58,243 nt of DNA, from IMG/VR virus record IMGVR_UViG_3300020313_000002, positions 1 through 58,243 of that record, one strand, 5' to 3'. Below, piece by piece: positions 28,701 through 38,711 of this stretch (its first letter is position 1; each line of letters starts with the position of its first letter). Below the pieces are notes generated by a model that made no database searches, was not told where the DNA came from, and was given only the letters and a program-made list of their open reading frames with translations. This DNA is from a virus. Its lineage: Duplodnaviria; Caudoviricetes. The position numbers and the translations under genes are program-made.

Positions 28701-30469
28701 CTGCATATAGAAACAAAGACTTTAATGCAAATGACCTAGTTCACAGCTATGCCGAAGAAACCGGGAGGGATCTTTTTGAAGATCTCCTAGGTGTTAGCAT
28801 AGACCCAGAAACTGAGACAAGAGTTCATACTGGCGATGTCCTTCCAGCAGAAGAAATTATAAAATCCGATGCATCAGATGTAGAAAAGATGTTAAGTCTG
28901 GTTCCGGGTGACACTGAATCTCAGCGTAATGCAGCTAGGCATATCCTTCAGACAATTAATAATCCTGTGTGGCCTGAAACCCCTGAAAGGATTGCCCCTG
29001 AAACGGACTGGACTCCTCCAGAGTCTTCTATTATAGAAGTGCCATATGGTGACCCAAAACCGGCAGAGCAAATATTAAGAGACTTCACCGTGGTGCCAGA
29101 CCAGTCGCTGCAAGATGCGTTCTTAATGGAGCGTGGCGGTGTTAAGTTTGGGCAAGATATGTTTGGCGATCCAGATTATTTTGGGCCGTTCCAGCAACCA
29201 ATTACTAGAGAGCCAGTACCCGAAGCTCAAGATCTTCTCACTCCCGATACACCAACCCCTGCCCCCGATGCACCCAAGAAGGATTCTCTGAAGTGGCGGG
29301 CAGCAAAGAAAGCCGGTGGGTTTGCTATGTCAGAGGGTGCGGATCTTGCACAGGACTGGTACGAAAGAAATTATTTATCTGGCAAATCCCCGAAAATTTA
29401 TGATGCTGAGTGGCTTTCTTCACAAGGCAGCAATATACCTGAGATACTTGTTAGAGATGGCGTTCTGGATCTCTCGGATAGCAGGGATAATGAAAGTTAT
29501 ATCCGAATGAATTCTATATTTGAACAGATTGAATCTGTCGATAAGGATTCAGATGAAGCTAAGCGATTGGCTTCTCAGGTGTCAGATCTATTCTCCGAGG
29601 CAATACTGGATGATGAGTACTCTGCTGGCAAGCGTGCATGGCTTACAAGAAATCTAAGCGAAGATGAAGACAATAATCTCATTGAAATGATCAATCGCTC
29701 TGGATTCCAGCAAGATGTGAAAGAAATATCTGAGCGTAGTGCATGGGGTCAGAAGGCACTTGGCCCAATAGGTGATGACGACTGGTTCCTTGGCCCTGAA
29801 AATATTTTAAGGACAGGTCTGGACTACTTGGGTATGGGGCTCAACTTGCCTGCTACTATGGTTAATCCAGAATCTATACCGCTAGTTGGTAGGTATACAT
29901 CACAGAGAGGCCCGACTACTGGGCCAGCTGGATGGTTGCCGGGGGTAGAGCCTGAAGCAGGTTCGGAGTGGTTTACAGAATCTCCCTCCAGAATTTATGT
30001 GGACATCAATAGAGCTGATAAAGAAATGGTAAATAGCATAGTAAATGCTAGGGGCCATGTAGATGATACTCAGTGGGATGCGGTTATGGATGCAGCAACA
30101 ATAGATTCTGATGATTCAGATGGTAATCCCATATGGGAGCAGTATCACGGAGATGAAACTGGCGGTGAATTGTATGTCCGCAACCGATATACTGGAACTA
30201 TAAAGCCTTTATCTGATATGTCTAAATCCGGCCACAAGGACGCAAGGGATCCATTCACCGAGTGGATTGCGCCTTTATGGGGCGGTGGGCACCCAACTCG
30301 AACAGAGGGGGCTGACATACAGAAGGTTACGATTACCAGCAAGACCCCCAAAAATAATTTACCCAAGAGGGTTTGGATGGGAACTCCGTCTGAGGCAATG
30401 CTTGATAGGTATGATACACTCACGGAGTTCTCGGATATTAACGAAGATCTGATTAGATCAGCTAGGTAA
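25739..30469 (+). CDS. Large multidomain putative internal virion protein
   Basis: 1576-aa acidic protein; N-terminal RRDFLK; SLOG/YspA-like segment at about 27695-28120. Confidence 0.7.
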   Translation: MADMRRKAEDLIRNILGEQNRRDFLKKTGAFIASRSSAKSIKPSETWDDLKEKSISEYLSFQERSSDLYLKQIGQFLSDHPNLSGGLRFKKIQDVANSIEDPHLRNLVIGTIHNAVFTPPDPHDFSIGEWFEHEVTQREEMTDHQKELHDRYHAIYAFNDKYRVFDGADVESPIAIDLRDQFPFADGTWSDIQDEVLDSITRRSTKFDPDANIFYYEIIDADNTTNYRGSNRHPHAIEPNKAVTTWFDQDYSLRNLHAKANERIREELISRSPKTGEGYRRYAHIDIDEANGFLNDVMRMGVDDALLNVHNAFMNDRMLPDFTPDERGLSHEDRIAKSIDYLKDIFASPSQLEAVYSAGGAEAVSKIITDVHKEDIINAVNKDLPDSILPDTKKKIREGFKAQEEVIRITQPDLYSHLRAHGKRIIDEELANRSGYTDPVEADIQAGDFSRRVQQDPFTGEHLVRALASPSAGGFEQGPELPRSPENPPDVIRDIIASDVERAKGIGTPPQDPVPVTRSYAQYAITDKVRDFSGMHDTWRKSQSYFRADHELNRANLSFDHKQKISPHAMNNVGALGDKINIPRAVADPSYLHALVVNGVVGISDARELLNLNIEETRIKDLGAPELERFLMEMGHPVIRYPDQMMPSEAPPVRIGIAGASTGYMAGEGTTPLQASMHVKNMLNAAYLEALAKGVPFIVRTGDTRGGVEQHARDWTIEVLTRRLGRKPTKKELDARLEVIGGTYPTSRHNQILSGLDNKTDTMVLLTASDDPSNKLESSIRLNGYEGRIYNMDTGRLTAIPRTGVRRPSELGTPIHSPQVSHQYDFSEFIGGTPPGEPIDSPEIEQPLSKIEQLYGQMQGIAPEQIEPGYIGNLVGGDDGTDSEDIIRSRSFDTGMHHIAVTTPDHVAGIDELQLEISQRAQESGLSEDQIIDQMLSETAVPAPERDPDPEYIEGIAEQKQRDILDTESIKKQSQDLQQILKNFSDYAAYRNKDFNANDLVHSYAEETGRDLFEDLLGVSIDPETETRVHTGDVLPAEEIIKSDASDVEKMLSLVPGDTESQRNAARHILQTINNPVWPETPERIAPETDWTPPESSIIEVPYGDPKPAEQILRDFTVVPDQSLQDAFLMERGGVKFGQDMFGDPDYFGPFQQPITREPVPEAQDLLTPDTPTPAPDAPKKDSLKWRAAKKAGGFAMSEGADLAQDWYERNYLSGKSPKIYDAEWLSSQGSNIPEILVRDGVLDLSDSRDNESYIRMNSIFEQIESVDKDSDEAKRLASQVSDLFSEAILDDEYSAGKRAWLTRNLSEDEDNNLIEMINRSGFQQDVKEISERSAWGQKALGPIGDDDWFLGPENILRTGLDYLGMGLNLPATMVNPESIPLVGRYTSQRGPTTGPAGWLPGVEPEAGSEWFTESPSRIYVDINRADKEMVNSIVNARGHVDDTQWDAVMDAATIDSDDSDGNPIWEQYHGDETGGELYVRNRYTGTIKPLSDMSKSGHKDARDPFTEWIAPLWGGGHPTRTEGADIQKVTITSKTPKNNLPKRVWMGTPSEAMLDRYDTLTEFSDINEDLIRSAR

Positions 30470-30485
30470 ATATAGAGGTGTAAAA

Positions 30486-31490
30486 ATGGACTTTGGCTTA
30501 CCGATAACTAGGACTGGCATCAATAGTCTGGGTAGTACACCTAATCCCCCTGCACGTCCTCCACTAGCTGATGAGTACGACAATCTGCCATCCCCTGAAG
30601 CTGCAACTCAGCAAACGACAGAAATAACACCTGACGGTGGACTTGAGCAGACAGAAGTTATCGTTACACCAGAGCAAACTATCCGTAAGTCTAACAAGCG
30701 TTGGCATTTGGATCCTGAAACTGGCAAAAAAACAGTACGAAAATGGTACTGGGGGCCGGGACTTAGTGATGAAGAGCAGCTGATGTATGACAAGGCAGCG
30801 GGTACAGTACTTCCACCTAATATACAGCAGTATCTTAGTGCAACTGCTCAGACAAAATCCTTAAGCCCTCAGCAAGACTTTAGGGAGTTAGAGAAAGAAT
30901 ATACTGGTGTGCAGCAAGCTGTTCATCAGAATGTAAGCAGGGTTGTTCAAGACGATATGAAGGGAGTTCAAGACAACTTCTCCAAAACAGAAAATACACC
31001 GCAGAGGAATCAGTGGGTTAAAGACCCTATGTCAGCTCATCTGCATCCTAATCTCGAATGGAGTGACGAACTTGGACAGGTGGTCTGGTACGACCCAAGC
31101 GGCGAAGGCTCTACTGTTGCATATACAGATCCTCAGGGAAGGCCGTACACGCAACCAGAGCATCGCGAAATAGGGGGTGATGCGGCTGTAAACCCTGTAT
31201 TTATAAGTGAACCCAGAGGGTTGAGAAAAAAGGTTGAAGAATTTTTAATCAACGATGGTGGCGAACATATTAATAGGGAAACGGAATTATTAATTGCTGA
31301 GATGCTAGATGATATAGGCAATGTTCAGTATGATGACCGTCCATACGCAGGTGATTCTAGTGATATATATAGGCGGTATGCTGAGCTGCATCAGACTATG
31401 ATAAAGCACGGTAGGGAGCAGCGTGGAATGCTGCCCACCAGCGAAAGCGAAGAAGCCCTAAGAAGAATTATTAATATGCCAAATAGATAA
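30486..31490 (+). CDS. Hypothetical protein (ejection block)
   Basis: 334-aa ORF with GAGG RBS. Confidence 0.7.
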   Translation: MDFGLPITRTGINSLGSTPNPPARPPLADEYDNLPSPEAATQQTTEITPDGGLEQTEVIVTPEQTIRKSNKRWHLDPETGKKTVRKWYWGPGLSDEEQLMYDKAAGTVLPPNIQQYLSATAQTKSLSPQQDFRELEKEYTGVQQAVHQNVSRVVQDDMKGVQDNFSKTENTPQRNQWVKDPMSAHLHPNLEWSDELGQVVWYDPSGEGSTVAYTDPQGRPYTQPEHREIGGDAAVNPVFISEPRGLRKKVEEFLINDGGEHINRETELLIAEMLDDIGNVQYDDRPYAGDSSDIYRRYAELHQTMIKHGREQRGMLPTSESEEALRRIINMPNR

Positions 31491-31501
31491 AGGGTTTTTC
31501 C

Positions 31502-34500
31502 GTGGCTTTTATACCTATTGGACGCTATATATCATCTCCTCAGATTAAAAATACTCAGAGAGGTGGTGTTCCCCCTATATCCGGTGACGATGAAGAAGGA
31601 TTCTTGTCACAGATGGGTGACTGGGGTATGTCTACCCTAGGCTGGCTTGGCGAGACTCTGGATAAGTTCGGAAGGCCAGTTCGTCAGCTACTTGCTGGTG
31701 CATTCAATCCCGAACATAAGTTTGAGGCCAGTGAGCTTCTTGCATGGGTTCCCTTCTCAGATACTGCTGGATTAACAGACCCTAAAAATATTGCTTACGG
31801 TAAGGATATCACCCAGTGGGATGACTCCGAAAGCTGGTGGGATGATATAGCAGCATTTGGTGTTGAAGTTGCCACGGATCCACTGTCGTTCGTAAGCCTT
31901 GGTGGATTTCAGGCACTAAATAAATCTGGAAAAGTCCTCAAAAAGATGGGTGTCATGGATGATGCAGTGGATGCGCATGCACTTTACAAATTAAAAAAGC
32001 ATCCAGCCCTTGGCACAGAAGACTATATACCGAAGAAGCAAATACTGACCGGAGAGACAGCCAAGGATGTAGTTGATTCTTATAGACAAAGAATCATGCA
32101 AGAGGCTCCCGATGATATCATTACTGATATTGGCGCAAAAAGAGTCAAGGAATTTGACGATGAGCTAGCAAGGGCATTCAGCAAGGAAGGCATCGAAGGT
32201 CAAGATGCCATAAACAAAGCGCTTGCTGGTGAAACACTAGGGGGAATGCTTGGCGTATCTAAACTTCCAATGTTCCCAGCTTCATCAACACGGGGGATTA
32301 ACCTAGGAATTCCCGGTGTCAAGCGTCGGCTTACCACTGAAAATGTCAGCAGGGCATGGGATAAAATTGGCGACACTCTCCGTCAAGCTCCTGTCATGAA
32401 AGAGCTAAATAGCCTATTCGTAAACAAGATGGGCGGGGCTCTGACTAGGCTAGGGAGGCATTTTGCCGGTAGAGGCAAGGAGGATCTCGCAGATGCAATC
32501 GCCCAAACATCAATGATGGCTACAGATGCTTTAAGGACTCTGGAGAAGTCAGACTTATTCAATGCCAGCAAGGTTGGGCCACAGGTTGCAGCAGAAAACT
32601 GGATGGATCTTAGGCGTTTTCTGGAGTTTGATGAAGAAGCAGTCGCAAAGCTAAACCCTGTAGACCAACAGAATGCTCGGTCTGCCCTAGAAAGAATTGC
32701 TGGTAATATACCCGAAGACATACTTGAATCTGTTAATAGCTTACGCACGCTCCAAAAGAGCATGTTTGATATGGCAAGAAATGTTGGTGTAGATATATCA
32801 CCTCTTGCCGACAAGACTATTAATTACTGGAGACGACAGCTTGATGATACATTTGGAAGCATCGCAAAAGATGTTGATGAGCTTGCTGATAACTCTCTGC
32901 TGATGCACCCCGCTTCCATCCGTAGAAAAGATATTTATCGAAACCTTCCGGGTGGTACACCTGCAATCATGGAGTTAAGCCTCGATAAAAATATTTCCGG
33001 TGCGCTTAGGGTTGCAGATGATATAGCAAAGAAGTATCCAAAAGGTGGCGTACCTGCTGATCTTAAATATGCAGCCGGTGATTTAATAGATATAGAAAAT
33101 TACATATTGAAACCAGCTGAGGAGACAGAAAACTTCCTAAATAAAGCAGCTAGGGAGTATATAGATAACAGAGTTGCAAATCCGAGAGACAGGCTTGAGT
33201 CTCTCGTTCCCCAGTATTATCCAAATGGAAAGGAATTAGACCCCCTCAGCCCAAGGGGTAAGGAATTTATTGATAACCAGACGCGTGATGTTATTGAAAC
33301 GCTAGCCAGAATAGATCCTAGGCACGCAGCTGAAAAGCGACCATTCTTTAAGGTGAACGTAGTTGACGACTTTGTTGACTGGATGACCCACGCCCACAGA
33401 ACTATATCGGCAATGGAGGTATCGCACTCTACTATTGCTGCCGCCGCTAGACCTCGCAACATGGTTCAAGGAGCAAGAGTATCTGTTACCGAGGCGTATG
33501 ACGAACTCCTCGAATTACACGATAATGCTGACTTTGCTAGAGAGCATCTACTCAGGCAGTTTGCAAAGAATTTAACTGGCAATAACAAGGCTTACGCTGA
33601 GAAAATGACTGATTTGGGAGTGTATCCGCGTAGGCTAGATGATGTGAGCGCAATAGACGTTAAAACATTAGAGGAGATTGGCAACCAGCTGTACATTAGC
33701 AGCGAGTTTCTTGGCGACGTAAAGAATGCAATGGTGATGTACCAGAAGCCAAAGACTCTAAATATATTTTTACGCATAATGAGGGCGTGGCAAAACGCTT
33801 GGCGTGCTGGTGTTACGATTATTCACCCCAAGTTCCATTCAAGAAACTTTGTTGGCGGTCAGTTTAATAATCTTATATCTGACCAATTCAGCGCAAGGAG
33901 TCTTGGTGATACCACAAATATTCTTAACGGTAATGCCGTCCCGAATCTTGCCAAGGATGTATTCCCCGAATATCCCCATATGACAGACCTCGAAGCAACT
34001 AATATATTGCTATCAGAGATATACGCGCGTGATGTATTCAACCCACACGAAACCTACAGGGCACTAGAAGGTTCGGCGGGTACTGTCGATAGAAAGCTGA
34101 TGACTGCCACAGAAGGCCGCAGGAGGACTCCTGAGAGCATTCGGAGGTATTTGCTTGGCGGTTCACCTGAGGACGCTGGAGTGCTTAGGAACCCCAATCT
34201 GGGGACATGGGGAGGCACAGCCGCTGATGCACTGAGTATGCTGGCTGGATTTGGTGCAGCACCCGGCGCCATATTAGGTCGTGGGGGAGTAGATGCAGGT
34301 AGAGCGATTGGTAAAGAGGGGCTACAGCTGGCCACCAAGGACTTCTCTAAAATATATGCTATTGGTCACAAGTTGTCCTCATCGGTGGAGGCTTATAACC
34401 GGATAGCCCCATACATTACGCTTAGAAGGAAGGGATTCAGTCCGAAGGAAGCGTCTAAAAGAGTGGCAAAAGCTCAGGTGGATTACACAAACCTAACACC

Positions 34501-35308
34501 GTTTGAGCAGGACGTAATGCGAAGCCTCTTCCCGTTCTACTCCTTTACGAAGGGTATGGTTCCATTCCTCGCTCAAGATATTTTAACGAGGCCGTCGTCG
34601 GGCATACAGGGTCAGCTTATTCAGGGCTTGGGAAGGGCTGAACGGATGGATGAGCAGTCACAGTTTGCACCAAGCTGGATGAGGAAAGGGTTGGCTCTAA
34701 ATGTTGGCCAAGACCCTAACGCACCGCATCGTACAAAATACCTGACAAACATAGGCTTGCCGTTTGAAGATATAGGGGATCTTATTTCATCCCCAACTGC
34801 CGTACTGGATAGGATTAACCCACTTATAAAGACTGCTATAGAGCAGAAGACTGGCCGCAGCCTGTACTTTGACCAGCCATTATCTCAACTTGAGAACAAA
34901 TATGGGTGGACTCCTATTGGCCATCTGATGGGTGGATCATCAGAGATGAGCCCGTGGATGGATCTTATTCCCGGTTCAACAAGAACGATGTCAACTATAA
35001 GGCGTTTTAGGGAAGATCCTCTAAGCACTGCCATTTTCGATATGATCAAGCCTTGGACTACAAATACAACAGACATAGGTTTATCTAGGGCTTTTGCTAT
35101 AGAAGACTTCTTAGAAGATACGGGACGATTATCCCCAGAGTTTGTTAAATCATTCCCGACTAGGTATGTCCCCCGAGAGAGAAGGGCAGCTTTATCGCAA
35201 GACCCTGAAGCGTATAGAGGGTGGCAAATGTATCAGCGTGCTCAGGATATGCGTAGGGAATACCAGAAGGAAAGAGATAGACGGCAAGCCGCTGGTCTTC
35301 CTAGGTAA
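31502..35308 (+). CDS. Large DNA-ejection/transfer protein
   Basis: 1268 aa; EVATDPL, FH.RNF.GG.FN and A..RV.KAQVDY..LTPFE..VMR.LFPFYSF are typical of podovirus ejectosome proteins. Confidence 0.72.
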   Translation: MAFIPIGRYISSPQIKNTQRGGVPPISGDDEEGFLSQMGDWGMSTLGWLGETLDKFGRPVRQLLAGAFNPEHKFEASELLAWVPFSDTAGLTDPKNIAYGKDITQWDDSESWWDDIAAFGVEVATDPLSFVSLGGFQALNKSGKVLKKMGVMDDAVDAHALYKLKKHPALGTEDYIPKKQILTGETAKDVVDSYRQRIMQEAPDDIITDIGAKRVKEFDDELARAFSKEGIEGQDAINKALAGETLGGMLGVSKLPMFPASSTRGINLGIPGVKRRLTTENVSRAWDKIGDTLRQAPVMKELNSLFVNKMGGALTRLGRHFAGRGKEDLADAIAQTSMMATDALRTLEKSDLFNASKVGPQVAAENWMDLRRFLEFDEEAVAKLNPVDQQNARSALERIAGNIPEDILESVNSLRTLQKSMFDMARNVGVDISPLADKTINYWRRQLDDTFGSIAKDVDELADNSLLMHPASIRRKDIYRNLPGGTPAIMELSLDKNISGALRVADDIAKKYPKGGVPADLKYAAGDLIDIENYILKPAEETENFLNKAAREYIDNRVANPRDRLESLVPQYYPNGKELDPLSPRGKEFIDNQTRDVIETLARIDPRHAAEKRPFFKVNVVDDFVDWMTHAHRTISAMEVSHSTIAAAARPRNMVQGARVSVTEAYDELLELHDNADFAREHLLRQFAKNLTGNNKAYAEKMTDLGVYPRRLDDVSAIDVKTLEEIGNQLYISSEFLGDVKNAMVMYQKPKTLNIFLRIMRAWQNAWRAGVTIIHPKFHSRNFVGGQFNNLISDQFSARSLGDTTNILNGNAVPNLAKDVFPEYPHMTDLEATNILLSEIYARDVFNPHETYRALEGSAGTVDRKLMTATEGRRRTPESIRRYLLGGSPEDAGVLRNPNLGTWGGTAADALSMLAGFGAAPGAILGRGGVDAGRAIGKEGLQLATKDFSKIYAIGHKLSSSVEAYNRIAPYITLRRKGFSPKEASKRVAKAQVDYTNLTPFEQDVMRSLFPFYSFTKGMVPFLAQDILTRPSSGIQGQLIQGLGRAERMDEQSQFAPSWMRKGLALNVGQDPNAPHRTKYLTNIGLPFEDIGDLISSPTAVLDRINPLIKTAIEQKTGRSLYFDQPLSQLENKYGWTPIGHLMGGSSEMSPWMDLIPGSTRTMSTIRRFREDPLSTAIFDMIKPWTTNTTDIGLSRAFAIEDFLEDTGRLSPEFVKSFPTRYVPRERRAALSQDPEAYRGWQMYQRAQDMRREYQKERDRRQAAGLPR

Positions 35309-38300
35309 TATCAGACTTAACCTTTACGTCGCCGTCACCATCTTGTGTGATGACTACCACTTTGCCAGAGCTTAGGTTGAATCCGTGGCTGCTTATTATT
35401 TGAGTAGAGGCGGGGGAGTTAGGGGAGGAAAGCCTACTATCTTTCTTCATGACCACAGAACCATCGCCTTTTTGGTATACAAGTAAATTGCTATACCCTG
35501 ATGCGTGAGAGCTTAAGGATATTATTTGGTCGTCCGTTGCCGTGTTTACAGGTTCGGCTGGCCCAAATCCCTTTACGGCAAACACTTCCCCCACATTGTT
35601 TTGATATACAACAACATTGCTGTATTCTTTTGCTACACCCAGCAGTGACATAATTGGCTGCTGTATGTCAGCTACAGTTGCATCTGGGGCTGTTGCAGAC
35701 ATTCTTGCAACTGGGTGGAGAACAGTTGTTCCCGCTGTTATCGTTCCTACCGCCGTGCTCGCCGTAGATGTAGCAGGGTCTATAAATACTACATTCTCGA
35801 CCTCTGCTGAATATGTGATAATTAGCTTTGGAAGTGCGAGATACCAATTGGGTATGGCCTTTTGTAGCCTGCCCGTATGCCCAATGTACCCACCTCCTGC
35901 AAACTGAATCCCGTTTCTTATTAAATAATCTGTATCTGAAGGGGGAGCTAAGGTTGTCTCTTCCCAAAATATTGTTATATGGTTTCCATCCTCCCACTCT
36001 CTGTTGCTTATAAGATCCTGCAATAAGCTAGTTATATCTGTTGTTACAGAGCAGGCTTCGATTTCTTCATCTGTAACACCTTCCCTATATCCAAGATCCT
36101 CGTCAATCCAAGCTCCATTACCCGCACTATAGTCCTGCGTTACGTATGCTGATCTGAGTGATCGAGAGTCGTAAGATGCTACTAAATCAGCCTGTGTCCC
36201 CGATATTTCGGGAGAGTCATCATAGTCTCCAAGGTGTATCTTGGATCTTATATCTCTCCATTGACTTGATTCTGGGTCAATAACGGGATACCGTCTGGCT
36301 TGCCCGCTTGTGCTGAATGTAGTTGGCCATGCCCTGTATAACTTAACTTCACATTTAGAAACATGCTGTCCAGTTATGAAGTTTCCAAATCTTATAAAGA
36401 AGTTATACAGATATCCGCCAGCCGTGCCTATCGGTTCTCTATTGTTAATGAAGGCTGAATCGAATGCACTCAATTCTGTATACTTAGCCCAAGTAATAGC
36501 CCAAGCTGTCCAAGGATCATCCTCTGTCCCATCTTCATTCTGTATAAGTGCATTTCCACTAACCGTCGCTGAACTATACTCTTCCTCATAAGCGACCCAC
36601 GTTCTGACCTCCTCTTCTATCGCAGTGACTTTAGTAGATATTGCACTTAATGATGCATCAGCAGAGTCCACGATACTGATAAGAAGCTCAGATGGAGACT
36701 CAACCAGTGCGATGAATGCAGAAGATATTATCGTAATCTCTTCCGGTTGAACTTCCTCGTTACGAGTGAGGCTCGACTCTATAGTAGCAGGATCAGGTGT
36801 AACAGCTATTGGAGTTGTGCATGAAGCAGAAATACCTGCATGTACTGGAGTGACCATTGTTTCCAGAGACATGACCAATGCATGTGACATTGATGCATGT
36901 GGTGGAATGACGGCAAGAATATTTTTATGGGCACTTGCCGTTACCGAACAGTGAACAACATCTATGGCAAGGGTATCATTGTGCGATGTTGCTGTAACTG
37001 ATGGGGCTGTAGGTATTACAACGGTTGGGGGAGGCTCTGCTGATGCAGTAATTGTCGCTGGAGCTGGCGTGTATTCCCGTAAATTATCTACTGCGGTAGC
37101 TGTGATGGTTGCCGGTGCCGGTATTACTTCATTGAAGTCATCGGCTGCTGTAGCGGTTATGGTTGCAACGGATGGCAAGACAGCTAGTATGGTGCTGTGT
37201 GATGTTGCTGCTATTGATGCATGTGTTGGGGTAACTACGAGAGGGCCAGTTGCAGCAGTCGCCGTGATGCCAGCATTAACAGGTTGGACAGCATGTAAGT
37301 CTGCGTGTGCAGCTGATGTGATACCAGCATTCACAGGGATAACTGAATGTAAATCTGCGTGTGCAGTCCCTGTTACCCCCGCATTCAGGGGTGCAACAGC
37401 ATGGAGATCTGCGTGTGCTGTACCAGTAATGCCGGCATTAGTTGGTGTGACATTGACTACTGTTACTGCGGTTTGATCGGCACCAATATCCCATGTATCA
37501 CCCTCTCCATCCCTATCTCTGCCATCAATGTCTATGTTGACACCAGTTGGAGATGTGCCAAGATCGACACCCGCACCTACAGCATCTGAACTCGTCTTTA
37601 TATGGAGGTCTTCGGTTCCCGCCGTATCAGAAACAAACAGATCTCCGTATGCTTCTCCAGTTACAGAGTTTGTTCCGGTTGCAGTAGAATCTGTAGACAA
37701 ATTGTAGTCTGTCGTTGCGCCCGAAAAGCCTGACCCACCGAAGCACAGGTCATCACCGCCGATGGGTCTTGCTGCAATGTTATTTTTCAGAACAGCATCT
37801 GTGTCATTTACCGCTATGCAGTATGCATCCTCAGATCCAGATCCGGTTTTGACATAGTACACCGTATTGTTGTACAAATTTATCGGATAGTTTGAAGACG
37901 CAACTCTAATACCAAATGCTGAGTCATTGCTGTCCTCAATGTTGTAAACAATATTATTTAGGCAATGCCGAGTGTTGGATCCACTCCCGCTTCCCCAGAC
38001 ATAGATTCCATTTACATCGTTGGATTGATCTTTTAGGTCACGAACTATATTGTGCTTGAAGAATACATCGGTGTGTGCATTTGCACCAAAGTTCATTCCT
38101 GAGAGAACCCCTGAACCAGTGCTGCTTAAATCAAATTCAAGCCATTCCACCGTTACATCATTACGCTTAAGCACGACAGTGGGTGAGGTAGATCCTGTGT
38201 ATTGAACTCTTGCTCCACTATTTTCGGTTCCATCATGTCTCTGCGATGATGGAGATGTTAGCTTAACGCTATCAAGACCTACCGTTCCACCTCCATCTAT

Positions 38301-38711
38301 AATGAATCTCTCATTTAGAACCGAGTCGTTGTATACTTCACCAACGGCATCGTCGCCACTCGAATAGTAACTCGTATTATCTAGATCACTTTCCCATGCA
38401 GTGATTGTACTGTAGGTTCTTTTGAAGACTCCAACAGCTTGGCTATATGACATATCTGTAATGCCATATGGGTTTGTGGCTGACCAGCCACCTGATATCC
38501 ACTTGAGCGTGTAGTTGCTGCCAGATATACCCGTAACTAGATATACATATACAGTGCCCATTCCATTATCAAAATGAACAGAGTCACCAACGCTAACCCC
38601 AGTGGGATCTGTACCGAATGTCACTGTATATGGATTGGAACCTGAACCACTGCTAGGTGTTTCAGAGTCAATGCTGGTATTTGTGCCAATGCTAGTGGTG
38701 ACTATTGCCAT
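35301..38711 (-). CDS. Tail fibre/spike with a parallel beta-helix (pectin-lyase-like) domain
   Basis: Beta-helix N/I ladder (HNIV, NNIVY, YNNTVY, KNNIA), then DLHI..SSDAVGAG...DIDG..R...WDIGADQ, an 18-aa repeat stalk and a C-terminal beta-sandwich. Confidence 0.75.
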   Translation of the reverse strand: MAIVTTSIGTNTSIDSETPSSGSGSNPYTVTFGTDPTGVSVGDSVHFDNGMGTVYVYLVTGISGSNYTLKWISGGWSATNPYGITDMSYSQAVGVFKRTYSTITAWESDLDNTSYYSSGDDAVGEVYNDSVLNERFIIDGGGTVGLDSVKLTSPSSQRHDGTENSGARVQYTGSTSPTVVLKRNDVTVEWLEFDLSSTGSGVLSGMNFGANAHTDVFFKHNIVRDLKDQSNDVNGIYVWGSGSGSNTRHCLNNIVYNIEDSNDSAFGIRVASSNYPINLYNNTVYYVKTGSGSEDAYCIAVNDTDAVLKNNIAARPIGGDDLCFGGSGFSGATTDYNLSTDSTATGTNSVTGEAYGDLFVSDTAGTEDLHIKTSSDAVGAGVDLGTSPTGVNIDIDGRDRDGEGDTWDIGADQTAVTVVNVTPTNAGITGTAHADLHAVAPLNAGVTGTAHADLHSVIPVNAGITSAAHADLHAVQPVNAGITATAATGPLVVTPTHASIAATSHSTILAVLPSVATITATAADDFNEVIPAPATITATAVDNLREYTPAPATITASAEPPPTVVIPTAPSVTATSHNDTLAIDVVHCSVTASAHKNILAVIPPHASMSHALVMSLETMVTPVHAGISASCTTPIAVTPDPATIESSLTRNEEVQPEEITIISSAFIALVESPSELLISIVDSADASLSAISTKVTAIEEEVRTWVAYEEEYSSATVSGNALIQNEDGTEDDPWTAWAITWAKYTELSAFDSAFINNREPIGTAGGYLYNFFIRFGNFITGQHVSKCEVKLYRAWPTTFSTSGQARRYPVIDPESSQWRDIRSKIHLGDYDDSPEISGTQADLVASYDSRSLRSAYVTQDYSAGNGAWIDEDLGYREGVTDEEIEACSVTTDITSLLQDLISNREWEDGNHITIFWEETTLAPPSDTDYLIRNGIQFAGGGYIGHTGRLQKAIPNWYLALPKLIITYSAEVENVVFIDPATSTASTAVGTITAGTTVLHPVARMSATAPDATVADIQQPIMSLLGVAKEYSNVVVYQNNVGEVFAVKGFGPAEPVNTATDDQIISLSSHASGYSNLLVYQKGDGSVVMKKDSRLSSPNSPASTQIISSHGFNLSSGKVVVITQDGDGDVKVKSDIT
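36960..37470 (-). repeat. In-frame 54-bp (18-aa) repeats in the tail fibre
   Basis: TCTGCGTGTGC at 37300, 37354 and 37408; V.P..A.ITATA consensus decays outward. Confidence 0.8.

Noticed and set aside
36960-37470. 54-bp periodic repeats as a CRISPR array or DGR variable/template repeat
   Set aside because: They are in-frame protein repeats without unique spacers; no cas or reverse transcriptase gene is present
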